NCBI GenBank assembly: GCA_009887195.1
Contig: QXXX01000073.1
Coordinates: 68,000 to 113,616 of the forward strand
Direction of reading: 5' to 3'
DNA length: 45,617 nucleotides
Source of the DNA: Candidatus Poseidoniales archaeon
GTDB lineage: Archaea; Thermoplasmatota; Poseidoniia; Poseidoniales; Poseidoniaceae
Shown here: one piece after another, positions 18,306-26,804 of the stretch
Layout of the letters: every line of letters starts with the position of its first letter
Numbering within the stretch: the stretch's first letter is position 1
Position numbers and translations under genes: made by a program
The notes under the pieces: generated by a model
Seen by the model: the letters and a program-made list of their open reading frames with translations, nothing else
The model's database searches: none
What the model was told of the DNA's origin: nothing

Positions 18306-21300
18306 TCACAAAAGGTCATCCAAAAACGATGTGTCAATATTTGGTTTTGGGGCCTGTTCATTATTTAATTCACTAAGCAGCGCACTGTTTTGGGGTTGTA
18401 AAACAGGTTGTTGCTGTTGATATAGATCTCTTTGATATGGGTTTGAATTATCAATTCTCTGCGCGGCGGAATAAATGTCATTTTGAGCCTGTGGGGTAAT
18501 TTGCGGTGGTGGCGCAACTTGTGGGGCAACACTGGCTGGTGCAGAATCATCCCAGCTCAAATCATCTTGAATCCCCCAAGTGGCCTCTTGGAGTTCCCAT
18601 GACTTATCCTTCATCCGTTGATCTCCTCTAGATCTAACAATCGCAATTAACAAAAATAGCACGACAATTAATAATCCAGCGGCCAGTAAGTTTGTCGACG
18701 TTAACAATGAACTAAAGTCAGTATTTTCGTCAGAATCTTCAGTAGTTTCTACGGCTGTTGCACCAGCTGGTGGGACTTCAAGAGAGGCTACTGAAGACCT
18801 AGTAGTATAGTCGTCAAATGGAGATACTGCAACATACCAAGTAGTTTGGTTATCCAAATCTTCAAACACCTCAGAATTAATTAAGAAGTTGGTCGAAGCA
18901 AAAACCTCGCCAATTTCAATTGCCGAAGTGATTCCATCGAATTCTTCATCCGAAATATAAATCTTATATCCTCTAATTTCACCGTTATTGATACCACTCC
19001 ATGAGACTATTATTTCATCACCGTCAAACCATTCTGCGCGAAGGTCTTCCACTGGAGTAATATAATCGCCAGAGTCATCAAAACCATCATCAACAGATTG
19101 ACTTGAAACTACAGTTAAGTCGTCTAAATATGCATTGCCAGCGGTATCTCTTGCCACAACAGTAGCCCATACTTCTAGTCCTGTGACAACAGGCATATCA
19201 CCTGCAACAATCTCAATCAAATGAGGAAGATTTGGATTTCTATCTAATACGGCAATCGGCGTTGTTGGGCCGCCGCCGCCTGCAACGACACTGGTGAATG
19301 GATTTGATGCAGCATATATCTCATATGAGCCAACATCGCTCGCATCGCTCAAATCAAAAGTAAACAGCAGTGCAGTTCCATCGTCATTAGGTCTGTCAGT
19401 CAACGCCATCTCAACTAATCTAGCAGGTGGTTGGGTGTCGACAATATTATTGATTGGCGTAACCGCTGCTTCTGGTAAGTTTGTCAAATATACATTGCCT
19501 TTGATATCATGAACAGTTACTGTGACAAAGAGTTCAATATCGGGTTTGATTAATTGCGGAGTCGCCATAGTCAAGTCCATCAAATTATTTGGTGGACTAT
19601 ACAGGGCAGTTGAAACTGTTAATTCAATTGGGTTTTTATCTTCATCAATCCATTGCTTATCAATCTTCAAACACCCGCATTTATCAGGGTCATCACCAAA
19701 TGCAGCCCAAGCACCACTTAGGTCTGAAACAGGTTGGTCAGCGACCCAAACAATGTAGTACGCGAAGTCATCAACATTAGAAACAGTCCATACGATATCG
19801 ATAGCAGTTCCATCATCTTCTGCATGATCATAAGCATTGACAGAATCAATGCGTTCAGGAGTTCCACCACTTCCTACAGTGTTCTTAAACGGCGTTGCAG
19901 ATACTCTTTCAACATCGACTAAATCAACATTTAACCAGTCATCATATGCCACAACAGCAAGTAGGTATGGCTGACCATCTTCAAGTTGAATACCAGCATA
20001 ATTGTCAATTATCGCGCTTGTTGTACCACAATCATCGATTATTTCTGCTTGAATAAAGCCCCAAGCATCTAGTGATTGCAAGATTTCGATATCGGGTTGT
20101 CCATCGTCTGGCATAACCCATACCTCATAGAATGTACAATCCTCAGCAGTACTCTGGTCCCAAGAAATAGTAATTCTACCACCATCGTCATCAGGAGTAT
20201 CTATTGCCTCAACATTCTCCAACTTAGGCGGTGGCGTTAGGTCGTTTAATCCACCAGTAGGTACTACCGGCCCGATTACAGTCGGGTTGAAAATATCTTC
20301 TTGGCCAGCATCATCTACGCATGTAAGGGCAATCCAGTATGGCCTTCCTGGGTTTAATTGAAGCACAGTAGTATTGCCTTCTGTTGGAGGTAAATCGGCA
20401 ATAGGAAACAAACCAAGTACGTCATTGATATCAATTGTGGATGAGTAGATTCGTGTGCTAGCCAAATCTAAAGAAGTACACCGAGCCCATTCTAAGTCAA
20501 GGTCGCCATCTTCGCCTCCTTCATGTGGTCCAGCTTCAGCCCAGAGTGGCGATACCGGTACTTCATCAGTAGGAATTGCCGGCCCTAATTGCATGGAAGG
20601 ATTACCCAACCTGCCATCATCGTATTCAACTACAATTACAGCATGATACGCAACTCCATCAGTCAATGGAACTCCGTTAGCGGTAGTAACCTCGCTTTGC
20701 AATCTACTGTGCAAGGAGATGGTTTTGTCTACCACTCTGCCAGTTAAGTCATCAGCCGTGATGTCTAATGTACCTGAAGCGCTAGTGAAAGGTCCTTCAT
20801 TAACATAAACCAAATATCTAGCGAAGTCATCATCGTGGACCAAAGTCCATGATGCAGTTAGTGCACCACCGCCATCATCAGGGCGGTCTACTAGATTCGT
20901 GAGGTCAATTGGAGTTTCTAACTTAATGTAATCATAAGTAATTCTTACTTCTAGTGAGCCATTGTTTGGTGAGCGGAGATTCAACTGAACAAATTTAGTG
21001 CCGTTAATTTGAACAGCGTTATCAACTGCTGCTTGTAATGTATTGGATAGTTGTGGGTCATCTGAGAGATTAAGCGTCACTGCATACTTCAAACTGTTAG
21101 ATTGAGCCCAAGTTGCTGCACCGCTGACAGGTGAGGAAAAGGCTAGAGGCACCCCTTGGAATAACAGGTTGTGAACACCAGGAGTTCCGCTATCCTGGTC
21201 TAGAGTGATTGGATTTGCGGTATCAGCCAGTTGAATTTGAACACCAGGGTGGGTCATGTTTGTAATGTCTAAATTTACCAGGTTGAATCCCATGGTAAGA

Positions 21301-24300
21301 GGATCGGCCCGGCGCAACTCAAATCTTTCTAACGGCGTCCATTGTGGATTATTCATCCAGCCAAACAAGCCGTCATCGTCTGTAGCGAGCCATAAATAAT
21401 CTGAGGAAAGATCTCCGCCCGTTAGAGTGACATCTGGTATGATGAATACCTTAGTGACAGAGTGTGCAGGCGTTCTTGCTTCTAGAATAGTGACGACGTT
21501 GTTGCCAATAGCCATGACTTGGTCACCGTTACTAACGAGTTTTTCGACAGGCCAGCTAGATATCTGGAATGCAGATGCGCCATCTTCAAATTGATTGTTC
21601 AAACCGTTCCAATGAGTCATAGGCCCGACATCAGTAGCAATGTGAAGGCCCCAGAAATCACTGGCAATTGCTGTTATTGTATTGGACGGTAGTTGATCGA
21701 ACCGATGAGTTGCAATAACTAATCCGGAGGCCTCATTGATGCTAGACACCCCTGGTCTTTCACTTCCAGCACCATTATGGCTAACATGGATTTGGACATT
21801 TCCAACATTATCCGTTGTTTTTATCAAGCCCCATGTAGATGTTCCAATCATGCCATTTGCGCTGGTAAGTGTGTTGATAGAATTAGTATTGATATCTATT
21901 TTTACTAAACCAGACGGTGTTGCAGCCCATAGATGTGGATCTTCAAAGACGAGGTCTTGGATTATATTTGATGGCAGTCCATCAGTACTAGTAATCGGAT
22001 TTAACCAATCATTGGTTTGGAAAGACCATCTGCCAATACCACCATCAGTGGCAATGTACATGATATTGTTATCAGTTTCAAACCCGTTTACTATGTTGGA
22101 GGGCAGTCCAGCAACAAGACGACCATTGCCAAAAGTATCAGTTAGAGTATCGAACACTTGGACTCCAGCAGACGATCCGAAGTTACCCTGCAGACCGATG
22201 ATCAAATCAGTCCCAACTAACTTTAAACCATCCATGTTATTGTGCAATGCCCCATTTATTGGGCTGAGTGAAGCAGAAACAGTATCTAATTTCATTAGTC
22301 CAGCAGGAGAAGTTGAGATGTAAAGGTCAGTGCCCACTAACTGAGTATCCTTAGCTTGTGAGTTTGCTGGCAAAGTCCATCCTTGCTGCCATTCTACCGA
22401 GCCATCGTTTTGCCTTTCACCTTGCAAAATACCAGCCCCAGTCGATTGGCCAAACCCAACGTTCTCTCCAATTGTAGTGACCCAGAGATGAGTGCCATTG
22501 CCAGTCATAGTCGTTACCTGCCCGCTAACCAATCCGGGTAGATTGTAGACTGTACTTTGGCCATTAGCATCCAAATAATCAACTCGGCTGTAGCCAGATG
22601 AGCCGCCGGCTTGCCCAAGCAACCAACCAGCCCCAGTCCATTGGAACGAAGTAACAGAAGAGCCTTGGGCGTTGGAATTCACCTGACTGGTAATTGCTCC
22701 AGTAGTTGATATTATGGAATATCCGCCCCCAATAATGTTTGAACCATCTTGTCCAAGGCCGTGCCCTACAATCAGCTTACCAGAGTCGTAACCAATTGCA
22801 TCCCACCAAATTCTGTCACTTGGAAGGTTGTGGGTTTGAGTAGTAATGTCTGCTAGCCATTGGCCAGTATTCGTATTGTATTTTTTGATGGGTTGTTCAT
22901 CTTCGTAAAAAGTAACATACAGTGTATCGGTTGAAGGGTCGCAGGCAACGCCAGAGACTCGACCTTCGCCCAGAGATGCTTGAGTAAAAGTATTGACAAT
23001 AGTTGAGGTTGTCAAATCAATTTGTTCTATTCCACCATTATTGTCGTAAATTCCAACATTAAGCAAACCTCCACATTCTGCCATAGTTAGAGGATAACCT
23101 CTTTGAATTCCATTCTGACCATTTGAAGTAAAAACGTTCCAATTAGCACCATCCCAGTGAGAAATCGCGCCACCCTGGAATCCGCCGAAATTTGACCCAT
23201 CACCGCCACCGACAACAAGATCAAGACCGTTAGTCCATAATTCATAGATTTCTTCTCCAGCATTATTTGGCAATCCATTGTTCTCTTCCCAAGTAGGAAG
23301 CCAGCCGCCATTGTTACTGTCATATCGGGCCACTCCCGATTCGGTGGCGAACAAGGTTTCACCATCATATTCGATAATTTCCCTTATCGGGAAATCAAGG
23401 CCATCGTCGCTGTCCCAAGAGCCGACAAAGGCGCCTAGGTTGTTGTATAGGTCAAGTTTCAACTCTCCCCACGAAACCCACATTTCTCCGGAGGAAGTCT
23501 CGTATGCAGTCACTCTGTCAACTTGGCCAGTTGGTTCAATATTTTCGCCCCAATCGTCATCGCTAATATTCCACTGTGCAATACCGCCACGACCGTCATA
23601 ATAGTCGGGGAAACCACCATTTGAAGCAACACCAGTCATGATTACATCATCTATCAAACCCATTCCCCAAGCCGGACCGCTATTGTCATCTAGTTGGATT
23701 CCAGCATCAATATTGGATAATTGATTAAAGTTAACGAGGTCAATTCGATAGAAACTGTTACTATCGTCTCCTTGATGATAATACATGACATCATTGTAAA
23801 CAGTCATTTGGTACGGCTCACCGTTTCCAAGATAAATTGAATTAGATTTCTCAATGTCATAGACTTCTACTTGGTTTACTACATCGATTAATTGGAAACC
23901 ATCCTCTCCACCGATCCATAATTGGTCTGGATTAATGTCTGCAACCAGTCCAGTGACAAACTGATTTCCGTCATCTAAGACGTCATCTTCAGTCCATGTA
24001 GGCAACCATGAATTAGTTGAGATTTCATATCTTGCAATACCTACACCGTTTAATCCAACATAAGCAATATCGCCAATAACTTCAACTGGAGCATTGTCAG
24101 TATCTTCACTGGCTTCCCATGTATCAACTACTTCAAAGGGGTTAGCAGTTAGAATACCAACGCCATCATTGGTCCCACCGTAAATCTGAGACCCGTCAGT
24201 GCCCACAGAATATGTAGCCCAATCTGGCATGCCGTCGTACACATTTTGGCAGTCATCAACCACTAATGTGCTGGTTGGATATTTACAAACGCCACGGTCT

Positions 24301-26633
24301 GTGCCAACATAGATATCATTGCCAAGTAGAACAAAGTCAAAGAATTGATCCGGTTGTGTCACCCAACTTTGTCCTCTTCCGGAGAAATCGACAGACTGTA
24401 CACCGTCCCATTTCACCGCTCCATCATCAGCGCCAATGTATAGCGCTGACCCATCAGAAATCAAGGCATATACGTTATCATTTGGCAGAATTTCTATACC
24501 ATTTACGTCAGAATTTTCAACTAGGGGCAATAGAATTTCACCATTGGTCAAATCTTTTCTTACAACTCCATAGCCAGGTAAACCCATATGCAGAATATCA
24601 TCAAACACAGCTAGAGGTACATTGTTGGCGTTATTGACTCCTGTTGAGCCCCAAGGGGCAAGGAACGTTTCATTAGTCATATCAAAACGGGCAAGTCCAA
24701 TGTCGGAAGTGGCAATATATGCCATATTATTGAAGGTCGCTATATCTTTGATTATTGAAGAGCCCAGCCCAGAATTTTCATCATAGGTTGTTATTGAGTT
24801 ACTAGATATATCAATTATGGAAATTGCTGAATCTGAGTTAACTGAGAGCAATTTATTACCAGAAATTGCTAGGTTGTTCACATTATTACTAAACAATCCG
24901 TCAATATCTGACCAGGTCTGTACTATGGTACCATTACTGAGCATTTTGTGTGCTCCAGTACTCTCTCCAGCAATGTAAATATGCACGCCATCGGTAATTA
25001 GGTCGTTGACATCATCGCCGATTAACTTTGGTGTAAGCCATCTTGAAGCAGTAGTGTCATATCGATTCATGATTCCATCTGCGGCAACGAAAAGCACCCC
25101 ATCGAGCTCTACAACATCATCCATATCCGCTGAGGTCGGCCCACTCGCCAATAGCATATTGCCTTGGTAAAGTGGCGTTGCCGCAGCATCAATAATAGCC
25201 AAATCTCCGCCACCATCACTGATTAATACAATCTCTGTTGATGGAGACCTTACGCCTATGTTTGGCCATGTCAATAGTTTTCGGCCATCATCAACCAATC
25301 CATAATCGGCCAAATCATAAGTCTGTAAGAACACACCATTTGCGGTGTTGTACGTTTGGATAGCGCCGCCGTTTAAGATCATCAAAATATTACCCGAAAG
25401 AGCAACATCGGCGACATTGTTTGAGGTTAACCAGTTGCCATCGTTCCAGGTAGATAGCCAGAAACCGGTATTCCAGTCGTATCGTGCTAAGCCAGCGTCT
25501 TCTGAAGTCATAAGCAGTTGGTTGCCGGAAATTTCGAAGGAAGTAACAGAATCGGAATGTAGATTATTAGCACTTGACCAAGCAGACAATTCAGAATTTG
25601 TTGTTAAATCCCATCTAAGTACGCCGCCATTTTCAAAAGAGAAGTAAAGGATATCTCCCACCTCAATAATATCTAGTGCTTGGCCAACTGAACTTTTAAT
25701 TAACACATTATTCCAATCATTGCCATCAAAAACGGCGATTCTATCAGAATTTGACGCATAAGGGGTTCCATCGCTGGCGATTATGAATTGGTCAAATTGG
25801 ACGAATTCAATTGTATCTAGATCAAATACAGTCTCAGGCAACGGCGTTAAAATAGATGTATCAACAAGGGAAAGTGCATGGAAATAATCATCATTGGTTA
25901 GCACGTGTAGAGCAAGATTAGTATAATCAATTTCCAGGTCGACGATTCTTTCTGCATCGTCAAAACCGATGATGTCGATAATCTTCGGCTGATTATTGTA
26001 ATCGATAACCAATAATGAATTATCAATTGCCAAATACATCCTTCCATCAACGAAGTGAATTGCATAGTCTGCAATATTAATGTCTACAGGTTCAAACGTC
26101 ACTGCAGGGTCAACAGGGGCTAAAGCCTCTATTATCAAGTCATTAATTTCTGCACCCGAGGGGAGCGTCCAATAAGCACCAGCATCGCTGTTGGGCGACA
26201 GCCTGCCTGAATGGGGATTAGCGCCAGTGAAGGAATCGCTTGAACCTAGCATGCCCAAACCATTCCAATCAAACAGGTTGATGCCTACATCACTGGCAGT
26301 TATCACAGGTTCTTGGATTAACATCCCGCCACTGCCATTCACCCTAACCTCCATAGTTACATTCGACAGTAGGGCGCCTGGGGCAAATTCGAGCCCCCAG
26401 TTTGCATTGGCTGACATCCCTATACTTGGATCCGCTCCAATTGCGTCGAGTTGTACCCAACCAGTATCATTGCTGCCTTGCTTTTCCCAAACGGTGGCGT
26501 TACCGTTTTCGTGGGCAGAAACGGGGTTTACAGTCATTAACGGCGAAAGCGAGGTAATTACCATCAATAAAGTGAGTAGCAGAGCTTTTTTTGCTCCGCT
26601 AACTCGAGATGCCACACTAAACTTACCGTTCAT
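18306..26633 (-). CDS. Giant (~2775 aa) membrane-anchored surface protein with multiple beta-propeller repeats and FN3-like repeats
   Basis: Signal peptide KKALLLTLLMVITSLSPLMTVNPVSA. Many GL.S..V/I, G..RYD....WL and W.AT..G blade repeats. Six D.PDD.G...W FN3-like repeats. TM LLAAGLLIVVLFLLIAIV and a P/Q-rich tail. Start placed at ATG 26633; the ORF-track start 26780 overlaps the divergent promoter region. Confidence 0.85.
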   Translation of the reverse strand: MNGKFSVASRVSGAKKALLLTLLMVITSLSPLMTVNPVSAHENGNATVWEKQGSNDTGWVQLDAIGADPSIGMSANANWGLEFAPGALLSNVTMEVRVNGSGGMLIQEPVITASDVGINLFDWNGLGMLGSSDSFTGANPHSGRLSPNSDAGAYWTLPSGAEINDLIIEALAPVDPAVTFEPVDINIADYAIHFVDGRMYLAIDNSLLVIDYNNQPKIIDIIGFDDAERIVDLEIDYTNLALHVLTNDDYFHALSLVDTSILTPLPETVFDLDTIEFVQFDQFIIASDGTPYASNSDRIAVFDGNDWNNVLIKSSVGQALDIIEVGDILYFSFENGGVLRWDLTTNSELSAWSSANNLHSDSVTSFEISGNQLLMTSEDAGLARYDWNTGFWLSTWNDGNWLTSNNVADVALSGNILMILNGGAIQTYNTANGVFLQTYDLADYGLVDDGRKLLTWPNIGVRSPSTEIVLISDGGGDLAIIDAAATPLYQGNMLLASGPTSADMDDVVELDGVLFVAADGIMNRYDTTASRWLTPKLIGDDVNDLITDGVHIYIAGESTGAHKMLSNGTIVQTWSDIDGLFSNNVNNLAISGNKLLSVNSDSAISIIDISSNSITTYDENSGLGSSIIKDIATFNNMAYIATSDIGLARFDMTNETFLAPWGSTGVNNANNVPLAVFDDILHMGLPGYGVVRKDLTNGEILLPLVENSDVNGIEILPNDNVYALISDGSALYIGADDGAVKWDGVQSVDFSGRGQSWVTQPDQFFDFVLLGNDIYVGTDRGVCKYPTSTLVVDDCQNVYDGMPDWATYSVGTDGSQIYGGTNDGVGILTANPFEVVDTWEASEDTDNAPVEVIGDIAYVGLNGVGIARYEISTNSWLPTWTEDDVLDDGNQFVTGLVADINPDQLWIGGEDGFQLIDVVNQVEVYDIEKSNSIYLGNGEPYQMTVYNDVMYYHQGDDSNSFYRIDLVNFNQLSNIDAGIQLDDNSGPAWGMGLIDDVIMTGVASNGGFPDYYDGRGGIAQWNISDDDWGENIEPTGQVDRVTAYETSSGEMWVSWGELKLDLYNNLGAFVGSWDSDDGLDFPIREIIEYDGETLFATESGVARYDSNNGGWLPTWEENNGLPNNAGEEIYELWTNGLDLVVGGGDGSNFGGFQGGAISHWDGANWNVFTSNGQNGIQRGYPLTMAECGGLLNVGIYDNNGGIEQIDLTTSTIVNTFTQASLGEGRVSGVACDPSTDTLYVTFYEDEQPIKKYNTNTGQWLADITTQTHNLPSDRIWWDAIGYDSGKLIVGHGLGQDGSNIIGGGYSIISTTGAITSQVNSNAQGSSVTSFQWTGAGWLLGQAGGSSGYSRVDYLDANGQSTVYNLPGLVSGQVTTMTGNGTHLWVTTIGENVGFGQSTGAGILQGERQNDGSVEWQQGWTLPANSQAKDTQLVGTDLYISTSPAGLMKLDTVSASLSPINGALHNNMDGLKLVGTDLIIGLQGNFGSSAGVQVFDTLTDTFGNGRLVAGLPSNIVNGFETDNNIMYIATDGGIGRWSFQTNDWLNPITSTDGLPSNIIQDLVFEDPHLWAATPSGLVKIDINTNSINTLTSANGMIGTSTWGLIKTTDNVGNVQIHVSHNGAGSERPGVSSINEASGLVIATHRFDQLPSNTITAIASDFWGLHIATDVGPMTHWNGLNNQFEDGASAFQISSWPVEKLVSNGDQVMAIGNNVVTILEARTPAHSVTKVFIIPDVTLTGGDLSSDYLWLATDDDGLFGWMNNPQWTPLERFELRRADPLTMGFNLVNLDITNMTHPGVQIQLADTANPITLDQDSGTPGVHNLLFQGVPLAFSSPVSGAATWAQSNSLKYAVTLNLSDDPQLSNTLQAAVDNAVQINGTKFVQLNLRSPNNGSLEVRITYDYIKLETPIDLTNLVDRPDDGGGALTASWTLVHDDDFARYLVYVNEGPFTSASGTLDITADDLTGRVVDKTISLHSRLQSEVTTANGVPLTDGVAYHAVIVVEYDDGRLGNPSMQLGPAIPTDEVPVSPLWAEAGPHEGGEDGDLDLEWARCTSLDLASTRIYSSTIDINDVLGLFPIADLPPTEGNTTVLQLNPGRPYWIALTCVDDAGQEDIFNPTVIGPVVPTGGLNDLTPPPKLENVEAIDTPDDDGGRITISWDQSTAEDCTFYEVWVMPDDGQPDIEILQSLDAWGFIQAEIIDDCGTTSAIIDNYAGIQLEDGQPYLLAVVAYDDWLNVDLVDVERVSATPFKNTVGSGGTPERIDSVNAYDHAEDDGTAIDIVWTVSNVDDFAYYIVWVADQPVSDLSGAWAAFGDDPDKCGCLKIDKQWIDEDKNPIELTVSTALYSPPNNLMDLTMATPQLIKPDIELFVTVTVHDIKGNVYLTNLPEAAVTPINNIVDTQPPARLVEMALTDRPNDDGTALLFTFDLSDASDVGSYEIYAASNPFTSVVAGGGGPTTPIAVLDRNPNLPHLIEIVAGDMPVVTGLEVWATVVARDTAGNAYLDDLTVVSSQSVDDGFDDSGDYITPVEDLRAEWFDGDEIIVSWSGINNGEIRGYKIYISDEEFDGITSAIEIGEVFASTNFLINSEVFEDLDNQTTWYVAVSPFDDYTTRSSVASLEVPPAGATAVETTEDSDENTDFSSLLTSTNLLAAGLLIVVLFLLIAIVRSRGDQRMKDKSWELQEATWGIQDDLSWDDSAPASVAPQVAPPPQITPQAQNDIYSAAQRIDNSNPYQRDLYQQQQPVLQPQNSALLSELNNEQAPKPNIDTSFLDDLL

Positions 26634-26656
26634 TGGTATATTGGCACATCTTACAC

Positions 26657-26689
26657 TATTTGAACGCGGCCCTAATTCGTGTTCAAATA
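26657..26689. promoter_or_regulatory. 12-bp inverted repeat TATTTGAACGCG-N9-CGTGTTCAAATA in the divergent promoter region
   Basis: 11 of 12 positions complementary. Lies about 24 nt upstream of the giant gene start, beside an AT-rich TATA-like segment. Confidence 0.5.
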
Positions 26690-26804
26690 TATCATTAAAA
26701 CCGTCGAACAAACCGTAAATCATACAAAAACCCAGTTCACACCATACATACTTCCCCAAACAATCAAACATCGTATACAACTTCGATGGCTTGGAAGTGT
26801 TTCA

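Noticed and set aside
19294-26718. Plus-strand ORFs inside the giant gene (e.g. 21736..22323, 26191..26718)
   Set aside because: Antisense shadows of a well-supported coding frame, with S/P-rich translations and no recognisable motifs.
26634-26804. Head-to-head overlap between the giant ORF (to 26780) and maeB (from 26679)
   Set aside because: Artefact of longest-ORF calling. The signal peptide and MaeB homology indicate starts near 26633 and 26805, leaving an intergenic promoter region.
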